A DNA stretch of 64,000 nt from Paraspadella gotoi (Eukaryota > Animalia > Chaetognatha). Shown in pieces: positions 18,415-30,142 of this stretch. Location of the stretch: NCBI GenBank assembly GCA_051294375.1, contig CM119263.1, positions 4,234,161 to 4,298,160 on the forward strand. Direction: 5' to 3'. A model generated the notes under the pieces. It did no database searches. It saw only the letters and a list, made by a program, of their open reading frames with translations, and was not told the origin of the DNA. Position 1 is the first letter of the stretch, and each line of letters starts with the position of its first letter. The position numbers and the translations under genes are program-made.

Positions 18415-18785
18415 TTTACCGGCGCCGCTTTTCTCAGCCGGCAACGGTTTTTTCGACCGGCGCTGATTTTCTGTATTAGCGCCGCTTTTATCAATCAGCG
18501 CCTCTTTTCTGCACTGGCGCCGCCTTTCTTGACCCTTGCCAATTTTCCTACCGGCTCCGCTTTACTCTGCATGCTTCTTTTTCACTACCGGCGCCATTTT
18601 CTCCACCGGCGCCCTCTTCGTTTTACTAGAGTCGATTTTCTCCATCGGCGCCGCTTTTCTTTAACAGCGCCGATTTCCGTACCGGCGCTGCTTTCACCAA
18701 CGACGCCGATTTTTTTCCATCGGAGCAGCTTTTCTCTACCGGCGCCGATTTTTTTCACCGGCGCCGTTTTTTTCCCGTTGCGCCA
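18415..18785. repeat. Degenerate ~20-bp tandem array (accggcgccgatttttttc-like)
   Basis: More than 15 diverged units with a (cc)ggcgcc core followed by a T-run. Confidence 0.7.
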
Positions 18786-18821
18786 GATTGGATCCGAACC
18801 GAAGATCGTAAAACAAAACCC

Positions 18822-19075
18822 GACGGCGATAACGAGAACGATGACAACGACGATGGCGAAGACGATGACGATGATGACAACGACGATGCCGAAGACGATG
18901 ACGAAGATGACAACGACGATGGTGAAGATGACGACAACGACGACGACGATGACAAAGACTGTAACAAAGACGATGACAGCGACGATAGCACGGACGATGA
19001 CAACGAAGATGTTGAGGACGATGACAACGACGATGACACAGACGATGACAACGATCATGTTGAAGATGATGACGA
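18822..19075. repeat. Degenerate (GAC/GAT/AAC)n trinucleotide array (reads Asp-rich in one frame)
   Basis: Low-complexity run. Similar arrays at 24650-24900, 40848-41030 and 49183-49425. Confidence 0.75.
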
Positions 19076-19200
19076 GAGTTTAACATTTTTTTTCACTAAA
19101 TTTAACAACAACATAAACATCGATAATTACAACGACAACGACGACCAAAACTTTAACCACGACGCTTGTCGTTCGGCTTTCTGTCGATGACGTTGTGGTG

Positions 19201-19278
<78 letters not shown>

Positions 19279-19716
19279 TGGGTTTTCACGAGAGGAAAGA
19301 GGCGATGAAATCGGGTGAAAATCGAGGTAGAAATTCAGTCGTTGAGTGAATTAAAGGAAGATAAAGGGACCAAGGGATTTGATGCAGATGGTACATCGTG
19401 TAAATTCCTTATTTTAGAATATATAAAAAATACAATTTTTTGATTTTTGTTAGTTTTAATTCAATTTATGCAATGTTTTAGGCTTTTCGTATTTGAACTC
19501 TCGGGGAAAAAAGCGTCTAGATCTGGGAAAATTTGGTAAATGACCGATATTTTTAAGCCGCGATGTTAACAACATACAAATATTTCCAGACGACACTGAC
19601 ATCCCTCTCCCCAAGACATTATTAAATATGAAACAAATCAAATAATAATTAAATTTAATACTCAACTTTTATATTCATACGATGAATTTTCTTTTCGCTT
19701 TGTTTTACGACCGTTT

Positions 19717-19832
19717 CTCACAGAATGTAGTTCTCTCGTTTCAGCTCACAGAATGTTTAGCTCACAGAATGTCGTTCTCTCGTTTTAGCTCACAGAATGT
19801 TTAGCTCACAGAATGTAGTTCTCTCGTTTTCG
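19717..19832. repeat. Tandem repeat ctcacagaatgt(agttctctcgtt)ttag x5
   Basis: Alternating long and short units visible directly. Confidence 0.8.
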
Positions 19833-20591
19833 CTGATCCGAGAAACTATAGAGCAAAAGAAACTATATTTTAAAAAAAATTCTCGTATCGAGGATGCAGA
19901 TGCAAGCACAGGTGCAACTTGCACGTACAGGTGCAAGACGCTTAGGGGNNNNNNNNNNNNNNNNNNNNNNNNNNNNNNNNNNNNNNNNNNNNNNNNNNNN
20001 NNNNNNNNNNNNNNNNNNNNNNNNNNNNNNNNNNNNNNNNNNNNNNNNNNNNNNNNNNNNNNNNNNNNNNNNNNNNNNNNNNNNNNNNNNNNNNNNNNNN
20101 NNNNNNNNNNNNNNNNNNNNNNNNNNNNNNNNNNNNNNNNNNNNNNNNNNNNNNNNNNNNNNNNNNNNNNNNNNNNNNNNNNNNNNNCCGGGCGACGCGC
20201 GGGGGCGGGAAAAGCTTAAACACATTTTCAGATGATGGCGCGCTGCTCACGAACGCCTCATCGTGGCCCGGGGAATGAGGAGACGGGGATGAGGAAGAGG
20301 AAGAGGAGGAGGATGAGGACGACGACGACGATAATGCGAGAGATGCAGGGCGAAAGAAGATTAAAGAAATTAAAGTGGAGTAAAGAGAGGGTGGAAGAAA
20401 TAGAGAGAGAGAGTGAGAGAATGAGATAGTGAGTGAGTGAGTGGGCTTATGAGCGTGAAACTATAAACGAAAAAAACTGAACCGAGAAAGTAAATAAAAC
20501 AGAAATAAAGAAAGAACTAAAAATAAAAAAATAGAAAGAAAGAAAGGAAAGAAAGGAAAGAAAGTAAAGAAAGGAAAGAAAGAAAGAAGGA

Positions 20592-20683
<92 letters not shown>

Positions 20684-20909
20684 ACAAAAGAGAGGGAGAT
20701 ACAGAGACAGAGACAAAAAGACACAAAGGAGTCCCCAAAGAAAAAAGCCGCCTTTTTTTTTTGACAAAATGAAACGAGTCATTCATCGTGAGACGAATAG
20801 AGATTATATTCGCTATTATGAAATCTCCTCATTATTATGGTGCATAAAGACTCTGCTTTTATGGTGGATCCTTTCTTTTTTATGGGGGCTCGTCTCAAAC
20901 AAACTCTGG

Positions 20910-21007
<98 letters not shown>

Positions 21008-21206
21008 ATAGACTTCAAATTTGAATTTGACGCGTTGAATTTAAACAAGAAAATAATGAGGGAGAATAAAACTGAAAAAGAAAGTCTTAAAAAAAATGGA
21101 ATAAAGGAATTATTGAGTGACATTATTGTGACATTGTGACATTATTGAGCTCACGACAATTAACAAAAAATGGACGTTGTTTAATTTTACAATTCGCTTA
21201 GTATAT

Positions 21207-21436
<230 letters not shown>

Positions 21437-21445
21437 TATAAATTA

Positions 21446-21506
21446 TATGGCGTCGGAGGTACACGAACTCCTCCCAACCCGAAGGACTCGGGTTCGCTCC
21501 CTGCTG
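21446..21506 (+). mobile_element. Possible tRNA-derived SINE head / tRNA pseudogene
   Basis: A-box-like TGGCGTCGGAGG (21448) and B-box-like GGTTCGCTCCC (21491) at tRNA-like spacing. I could not fold a full cloverleaf. Confidence 0.4.
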
Positions 21507-21696
21507 ATTCACACAAGTAAGCGTCAATAAGAATTATCAGTTTTTTGGAAACACTCATTAATTTAAAAAAAAACCTGTTTTTATTTTTTCATAACGTGTG
21601 TTTTAAAAAAAGAAATTTACAATTGGTTACACTGAATATTGCTGAATCCGTTCGCTTTTGAATTTTTTATTGTTTATCGTTGTTGAGATTTTCTTT

Positions 21697-23259
21697 TCAT
21701 TGTAGGCGAACATAAATGTTGCCACTGGCGTCGCCGCTTTCTTTCTCGTCGTGGATATCTCGGATCATGACGGAGCTCATGTGGTCATCACATTGTCGAT
21801 CTGGTGACAATAGAGGAACAAAAAGTAACACGTGATTTGCGGTTGTCATGGTTGACTGGTTGAATGTTTTTTGCTAACTAATTTCATTGAGAAAATTAAC
21901 CTTTTTTTTTCAATTTTCGATTCAACTTGACGACGATAAAGAGCGCGATGCCGACGACGACGATGACGACGACGATAATGAAAACTACCGTTTCAGTGCG
22001 GTATCTTGCAAACCCTTCCGAGATTGATGGTCCTTCATCGGTTGGGGCGGGCATTTCTACGTACCTCGAAACTATTTTTGTAATAAAAAAATAATTAATT
22101 CTACTCACGAGTGCTCCCCATATGAACATTAGAAAAACCCCAACTTACCCGAATATTTTTTCTTTAGAATGAATCGCGATAAAACGATTTCTCCGATATC
22201 ATTATGTTGTAAGTGTGATGGAGGCTTTAAACTACCAAAGCCTGTCCAAAGTCAGGGACAAGATAGCTTATATATTAAATGAATGGATAATTTTTATATT
22301 GATTGTACCAATTTCATAAAATTCTGCTCCTATTATTTTGATGCTCGTGCGGAGTACAAAATAATATTCCCCGATCTAATACTTAAGGGAGTGGTCTTTT
22401 CCTACAATTGAAACATTCTTTGAAATATTATACCACTTCTTTGATAGGGAAGCCAGGTTCACTGGGAGTGAATAAATAAGACTGTGAGAGAGTCTTGATT
22501 GAAAGCTTGCAGAAACCTATGTTATTATCTAGTAACCACCAAAGCCTGTCCAAAGTCAGGGACAAGATAGCTTATCTATTAAATGAATGGATAATTTTTA
22601 TATTGGTTGTACCAATTTCAGAGTAGTTTTCCTTGGATTCAAAAGCGCAACTCAAATTTTTCGGTGAGCGAAAGAGAGTACGTAAAGTTTGAAGAATTTT
22701 TGTACTCAATTTTCTTTATTCCCTTCGACGACAAATCCTGGGAAAGTACTCTCTCCTTCCCTTTGAATAATTTCAAGGAAGATCCATGATCGAACTCTAA
22801 CAAAAGCTACGGAACCAGATTCGGGTTTTCGTGGGCGCAGTTGATCTCCACGACTTCGTCAGGTGCCGCTTCGATATTCAGGATCTTCGGTTCTCGCGGA
22901 AAAAAGCTGACCAGTAGATGGACCCTTCCAGAATGATCGTGATATTTGGGAAAAGTCTCAAAGTCAAGGAGAATTACAAAGTTGTTAAAACGAGGGTTTT
23001 CCCAGATAAATAATTTCGACGGTGAAAGAGGAAACAAAACGCTCGTAGAAATTCCGACATCTTCCATTTTCATATCCGAGACCCAGTGTTGGATGAAGGT
23101 TTCGGTATAGTAAAGATCGCAGCCTCGTAAGGCGACCGAGTAAGGAAGAGACGTTGGCATTTTGATCCTTATGATGTAATCGCATCTCATGCTGTCGTTG
23201 AAACCGAAACCGGTCATCGGCAAAACGAGTAAAATTGAGATGAAGAAAAACCACGCCAT
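21697..23259 (-). CDS. Type I single-pass membrane receptor-like gene (signal peptide, possible Ig-like ectodomain, TM, YxxL tail); ectodomain exon interrupted, possibly a pseudogene
   Basis: ATG 23259, MAWFFFISILLVLPMTGFG signal. The frame stops at TAG 22809-22807, and coding-like sequence continues to the donor after 22613. Phase-1 exons follow: 22190-22149 (EIVLSRFILKKKYS), 22071-21901 (...TVVFIIVVVIVVVGIALFIVVKLNRKLKKK) and 21800-21697 (DRQCDDHMSSVMIRDIHDEKESGDASGNIYVRLQ*). All GT-AG. Confidence 0.65.
22197..22620 (+). mobile_element. Dispersed repeat R1, ~1.4 tandem units (period ~305 bp), filling an intron of the receptor-like gene
   Basis: ccaaagcctgtccaaagtcagggacaagatagcttat...tgtaccaatttca occurs at ~22235-22315 and again at ~22540-22620. 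Confidence 0.85.
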
Positions 23260-23359
23260 ATTTTTTTTTTTGGTTAAAAAAATATTATGAAGAGAAAGAT
23301 AATGCTATTGAATGGGTGAATAAATTTTTTAAAAAATGCGGGAGGATAGATATATTGTA

Positions 23360-23454
<95 letters not shown>

Positions 23455-23907
23455 GAGAGAGAGAAAATCTATCCAGAAACAAAGAGTGCAATTACGTAAA
23501 CAACGACATTGATCTCCAACCCCGTCGCTCGGTTCGTCATTTCAACTTTTTCGGATTCCCCGAATCCTTAATTCTGAACAAGAAAGAAAAAACAAGTAAA
23601 ATACTCAGAAAATAAACACGATGTCGTAACTCAAACTATACGGGATTTTATTTGTTAATAGACATCACTGTTTAATTAAATACCCCCTTAGTTTCACCAG
23701 ATCCTAAAAACCATTTTGTTTATCGGGAAAAATAGGGGTCAACAACATTTTTTTTACTTAAAAAAAAAAACCTCCTAGAATCAATGATTCCAGGGATTAA
23801 AAGTTGTTTTTTATCGAGTCCCTAAAACAAATATGAGGTTATTCATTATTTATTGATTTTAATATTATGATTATTATTATCATTATTGTTTTCAATACGA
23901 TTATTAA

Positions 23908-24138
23908 TTATTTTGTATTATTATTATTATTTCCATTAAGTTTAATCTCCAGTATCTTCTCGAAGTTCTTGCAGACCTTCACCACCCCCTTGTAAACCCA
24001 GTTCAGCCTTCAACCACCTTCTTCCACCTCCGTCGCGTTGACCACCTTTAAGATCCTCTCCTTTGACATCTCCACATCCTTCGCCTTCAACTCGGCGACA
24101 AACTGGAACTCCACGTCGAGTCGCCGATAGACGGAGAA
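23908..24138 (-). pseudogene. Isolated coding-like fragment with an in-frame TGA (unknown family)
   Basis: FSVYRRLDVEFQFVAELKAKDVEMSKERILKVVNATEVEEGG*RLNWVYKGVVKVCKNFEKILEIKLNG. Strong G/C third-position bias on both sides of the TGA (24012-24010), inside AT-rich flanks. No start codon. Confidence 0.45.
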
Positions 24139-24246
24139 TTAATTTCCAACATTCAATTAAAGTTTAAAGTTTACTAAAATATATTTCTTTTAATTTCCAA
24201 TTTCAATTAAGTACTATGACCGGACCGGTTATTTTACGAATTTCAA

Positions 24247-24400
<154 letters not shown>

Positions 24401-25143
24401 AATTTAAAAGAAAGTGGCAAAGGATAGACGAAACCTTGATGCTACACATTGAAAAGGTCAACTCATCTGCTGAGATGGAAAGGAAAAGTATTATTTGAAA
24501 GGAACAAGAGGAAAAAGGACGGACGGACGGACGGACGGATGGACCATTCAAACGGAGAAAAGGACGTAGAAGAAAAAGTTAAGGAAATTCGGAATCAAAA
24601 GGAGAAATGCAAAAATCCTTCGGGTCCCATTGTGATTGTGATCCTTGTCGTTGTCGTCTTGGTCTTCGTCTTCGTCGTCTTCGTCGTCGTCGTCGTCGTC
24701 GTCGTCGTCAATGTTGTTGTCGCCCTCGACGTTTTTTTCGTCGTCGTCGTCGCTGGTGATTACATTGTCGTCGTCGTCGTCGTCGTGCGATTTTCGCCGT
24801 CGTCGTCGTCGTTGTCGTCATGGCTGGTGATTACATTGTCGTTGTCGTCGTCGTCGTCGTCGTGCGATTTTCGCCGTCGTCGTCGTTGTCGTCGTCGCTA
24901 GTGGGCGTGGTCTTCGATGGGGAAGCGGAAGTGAAAAGGGCGAGCGTGGAATCCGCAGAGAGACGATAGCGAGGAAAGTTAAAGAGAGAATGAGGAAGAA
25001 AATAAAGGAGGAAAGGAAAAAAATGAAGAAAGGAGGAAAAGAAAGGATAAATGTAAATAAAAAGGAAAGACAGATATTGCGTAGAAGGTCAATGAATGAA
25101 GCATCACAAATCGTCCCTCAATGATTCTAAATTTAGGAGATAC

Positions 25144-25195
<52 letters not shown>

Positions 25196-25946
25196 CAGTT
25201 TTGGAATGTTCTGAAAAGGTAATGTCATCGGGTTGTACGATTTCATTACATGATCTTTTGTAAATCTTCTGCTTCTCACATAATGTCATGTCATAACATC
25301 GCAGGAGTATTAAGCCACCAAAAGCAAATCAGATCGGAGACGAACCGGTTATCGCTTCTCTTATGACTTATGTTATTTGTCATACATTGAAGTGATTGAA
25401 CATTATGATTAAAATAAAGTCATATCTAGCTCTTCGTACTTACGTAATCAATGTTAAAACGTCATTGTATTTTATTTATTTTTTTAAGTTAACCCCTCTA
25501 CTCTTTGCTTCGACACTTTAAACTTTAAACTCTTTTCTGAGAAATATTTTGGCGGGAATTTCAAATTAAAATTTTTAAGGGAGAAAATATGAGAAAAGTT
25601 TGCATTTAGACCAAAGGAAATGAATTATTGACTTTTGATTTTTTTTTTTTTTTTTCAGAAAGCAAAAAAAAAAACCCATCGAACGAGGTTCTAATATTTT
25701 AAATCTTTTCCTTGGGAGAAAATTAAAATCTAGTAAAAGAAATTAAAAATTATTAAAATTTCCGATTTCCGAGAAATAGAGAGGGTCGTAAATCGTGAAA
25801 CTGTCACCACGGATTTGATTGAAAGAAATTACAGGGTGGCGAATCTGAAATTGAAGAGAAAGTTTTTAAACTATTAATAAGTTTCTAAGTTTGGATAATC
25901 AGAATTCCGACAGTTTGACAAACAAAAAGTTCATGCAATTAAACAC

Positions 25947-26031
<85 letters not shown>

Positions 26032-26339
26032 AATTAAACTGCGCACCCTGTACTTCATAATTGATCGAAACTTGATTCGAATTGAAATTTACAAATGAAA
26101 TTGAATTCATCCGGAAGAGAGAATGAAACTGGAATTCTGTAATTGTCTCGAAAGAAAGGAAGAAGGAAAGAAAGAAAGAAAGAAAGAAAGAGAGAAAGAA
26201 AGAAAGAAAGAAAGAAAGAGAGAAATACGGGAAAAGAAAAGAAAAATGTCAGAGGGTCGGCGATAGTGACTAAGCAAATGTTGAAAAAAGTAAACAAGAA
26301 AAAAGCGAAAGAATTAAAAAAGAAGAAAAGTTACTTGAG

Positions 26340-26416
26340 GATTTATTTAAAAATGATTTATTTATAAATGATTTATTTAGAAATGATTTATTTATAAATG
26401 ATTTATTTATAAATGA
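26340..26416. repeat. 15-bp tandem repeat (aaatgatttatttat) x5
   Basis: Direct. Confidence 0.8.
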
Positions 26417-26499
26417 CATTTCAATTCAATTCAATCTATGACTCTTCTTTCGCGACGGCGACGACGCAGATACAATTAATCGGAAAGTTAGTCCAAGTT

Positions 26500-26692
26500 T
26501 GTACGTACTATTTATGGTAATGCCAGCTTTTTAATGCTAACTTTGTACTTTTTATGGTAATACCGGCTTTTTTACTATTTATGGTGATACCAGCTTCGTA
26601 ATACCAACTTCGTAATACTAACTTCCTACAATTTATTGTAATACCATCTTCGTGATACCAACTTCGTACTATTTATGGTTTTACCAACTTCC
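26500..26692. repeat. Degenerate tandem array of gtaataccaacttc / tactatttatg units
   Basis: About 10 diverged units visible. Confidence 0.7.
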
Positions 26693-26990
26693 TTGTTACT
26701 TCGATAGTAAAATTTGAACGTCGAAGTATTTTTGAATTTCCCCAACCAAATCTTTTTCGCTCACAAGCGTAAAAATATTTACTTTCACTGAAATTCGTTG
26801 TTATTGTTGTCATCGTCGTCCGTTGAAGCCCTCCAACTCTTCATCGCTCGAGAAGCGAGAAATTGGAACAATGAATTCTGGACAATGCGGAGACAGCCGG
26901 TCACTTTCTCGAGTCAATGGGACAATTGACCTACGGAACCAAGGGGTCACCGTTCTTGAAAATAGCACTCTCTCTCTCTCTCTCTCTCCT

Positions 26991-27049
<59 letters not shown>

Positions 27050-27470
27050 ATTTTATGATAGTTGTATAGTTGTGGAGTCTGTTGAGGAAATATCATTTTC
27101 CAAAATTTGTTTTCAGTGGCGTTACTTTAATGATTGAGTCCCTTGAATTTTACATTAACCTTTGAATGGCGATTAAAAGGTGGTATAGACCGCGGAGTGT
27201 GTGCCCATGACCCTATCCGTATATTCATTCATTCATTCTCTCTCTACATCTGTGTTTCCGGGACATCGCCATTTCCCGCCGAGCGGCTTCACTTACCATT
27301 TGTTTTCGTTGTTTTCGTTGTTGTTTCGTCGCGAGTTTCTTTCCTTTTTTTTTTCGGGGCAAAGATTCGTCGATCGCCCGTTCAATTGTTTTTAATCGTC
27401 GGCTTCAAAATTTCGAAACAATGAAATCCATGGCGCATTTGACCGATTTGACCTTTTTTCCTATTCTCTA

Positions 27471-27521
<51 letters not shown>

Positions 27522-27668
27522 CTTCTCTCTTCTCTCTCTCTTCTCTCTCTCTCTCTCTCTCCCCTATAAAAGACAGGAACGAATTTAGCGGAATCAAAAT
27601 TATCACGATGACTTTCTCGAGAAACCCGACTCCTCGTCACTCTGTCTCAATATTCCTATCGCACTGAC

Positions 27669-27716
<48 letters not shown>

Positions 27717-28051
27717 CTCTCGATTTCTTCGATAAACTTTGATTTTACTTCCATGAAAATTTTTGCCTCCTTCCATCGCGATATCATCACCAATTCTCAC
27801 AACAACAACTCTAGCAAAACCAAAAAAACAATTAAATAAACAAACTTTGCGCAAACAAAAACGTACATAAGCTCGAAGATATAAATATTAAAATTATAAA
27901 TTTCGACTCGTCTCAAAATTGATTAACTTCTAATTTTAATAAAATCCAACGAACAATAAACCAACTTACATCTCCGGCAAAAAAAAATCTTAATTTCGAC
28001 TCGTCTCAAAATTGATTTAAATTAATTTAAATAAAAAAAATTAAAAAAACA

Positions 28052-28771
28052 ATGGCCTCCACTTCTAAGCTGAACGTCGACGCGGTTCCATTTGTTCCAC
28101 GAGGTTCAACGACGTCCACCCGTCTTTCCCCGACGCCTCCAACCACTCCGTCTCCACCCTCAACCACCCCAACACCTTCATCTAGCACCCAAACCCCTCC
28201 CCCCATCCCCCAAACTCCCCTACCTTATCCCGACTTACCTTCCCACCACTCACAAAATTTCCAGCCCGTCTCCGTTCGCTGCTCTTCCACTTCCCGACTT
28301 CGTCGCCTCGATGCTTTCGTGGTGCAGCCCGACTACTGCCTCAGCCGCGACCGCCGCCTCGCCCCGCGCGGCCGGGAAGGGTCCTCGGTGATGGTGACGG
28401 GCATGAGGATGTCGGCGGAGATGCACGGCCGCTCGGGTTGGGAGATTCTTCCTCTGCTGGATCATAAAGGAAACTCGATCGAGACTATCAACGCCAGGAG
28501 TTATTTCTTTCCGTCGGACAGATCCGTGAGGATCACGCCGCCGCCGACGCCGTCGCTGACCCCGTCGCCGCCAACTACGCCCTCACCAACGCAGCCATCG
28601 GTGCCGTTGGCCGTGGACGAAGACATCGGCGGAATCGGGTTCTTCCCCAGCGAAGACCTTCAGGGTCCACCGGACAATCCACTTCGCTTGTGGCAACTCG
28701 ATCCAAGGGCGCTCGTCGAGTGGAGCCGCGCGGAAGATGAAGACGACGTGGATTGGGACAATAGAGCGTAG
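28052..28771 (+). CDS. Intronless 239-aa protein with N-terminal PAM2 (PABP-interacting) motif, two Pro/Thr/Ser-rich tracts and an acidic Trp-containing C-terminus
   Basis: Good start context (aaaacaATGG) and a sharp GC-rich ORF inside AT-rich flanks. SKLNVDAVPFVP fits the PAM2 consensus SxLNxxAxEFxP. Ends AEDEDDVDWDNRA*. Confidence 0.65.
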   Translation: MASTSKLNVDAVPFVPRGSTTSTRLSPTPPTTPSPPSTTPTPSSSTQTPPPIPQTPLPYPDLPSHHSQNFQPVSVRCSSTSRLRRLDAFVVQPDYCLSRDRRLAPRGREGSSVMVTGMRMSAEMHGRSGWEILPLLDHKGNSIETINARSYFFPSDRSVRITPPPTPSLTPSPPTTPSPTQPSVPLAVDEDIGGIGFFPSEDLQGPPDNPLRLWQLDPRALVEWSRAEDEDDVDWDNRA

Positions 28772-28879
28772 AGAAAGTTACGTACGGAAATTCTAAATGA
28801 AAATTATGAACAACATACAGTACCGGAAACCAAGAATGTCGTAAGTCTGTACATGGTATAACTTTTCCATTTATAGGAT

Positions 28880-30140
28880 AAATGGCTTTAGGATTTTATA
28901 GGACGTTGCCTGGATGCCTGGCTATTGCCCATTTAAGCAATTTTTTCAAAAAAATAATCTTAAACCACTTAAAAATTTGGTCAAAATTTTTTTTAAAAAA
29001 CTTGCATAGCTCTAATATATTTTTTTTTCTCTTAAAATTTTGCTAACTTGTACTCAAGAGGGTTTGTAAACTTCTGTAGAAATATTGTCACTATCAAAAA
29101 GTTTTTTTCCATATTTATCAGTGCTAATATTTTAGATGGGTCATTTTTTCAATGATGCATAACTTCCTTATTTGAGAATATTATGGTTTTAAATTTTAGT
29201 AATAGGTGGGACTTGGGTAGTCCTGCAATACATATAAATTTCAATCATTTTGAAAAACTTTTTGACACAGGTCAATTTTTTTTTACAAAATTCAATTGTC
29301 AATCCTGCCAAAAATATTAATGCAAATAATGTTATTCTTTGCCTATAAATCCGTTAAAACATATTTAAAATAAGCCTAAAGCAAAAAATTTTTCTCAACA
29401 TTTTTAAAAACTCATTTGCATATTGTTGCATTTTATAATTTTTAAAATTTTTTTACATAAAACTAATCCATTTTTTAAAATTTTTGGTACACAGATAATA
29501 TATAATCAGACCTTTAAAAATATACCATCAAACCTAATTTTTAATAAATTTCAAATATTTTTAATGTATTTTATATATTACTAAAAATTATGATTTTAAT
29601 AAGCATTCTGCTAACTTTTTCAAAGTGGGCATCATTGAAAAGAGGGCAACTCAAGGATTCCAAATATATAATTTTTTTATCAAATTTTATGTCCCAAAGC
29701 TGAGATAATTCTTTCCAAAGTGCTCAAAAATTGAAAAAAACACTACTTTTTAATCGTTGATAAAAAATGCGACTATGATAGTTTTGTTTCAATACTTGGT
29801 AACAAGGTCAAGAATTGTTCATATTTTGTGGTAATGTCATGTCCAGGAAATAAAATAAATATTATAGTAGATTCCTCTATCGATTTTTAAATTTGGCAGA
29901 ACATTTTACTCTTTTTTACCAAGTTTTTAGAGTATGCTAAACGTTTCTCTGATTACGTAAAATAGAATTTGAGAAATCAAAAGTTAATAGTACCAATAGT
30001 TGGTGTTATGTCTCAAATAGATGGAAAAAAAACCTTGTTTAAAAATTTGATCTGGAATAAGGGTAACTTAGGCGTACCAATGGCATCGTCCATGCCAATC
30101 GTTCTTTCAAATAATTTTTTTTATTTAATACATTTGAAAG
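28880..30140. mobile_element. AT-rich non-coding stretch, probably non-autonomous DNA-transposon derived
   Basis: Composition and A/T-run texture resemble the palindromes at 1-480 and 30143-30522. No ORF and no terminal repeats identified. Confidence 0.3.
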
Positions 30141-30142
30141 GG

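Noticed and set aside
18370-19083. 237-aa Thr/Met-rich ORF
   Set aside because: Produced by two stop-poor tandem arrays.
19717-19832. Repeat-spacer-like array (CRISPR?)
   Set aside because: Eukaryotic context, no unique spacers, no cas genes. A simple tandem repeat.
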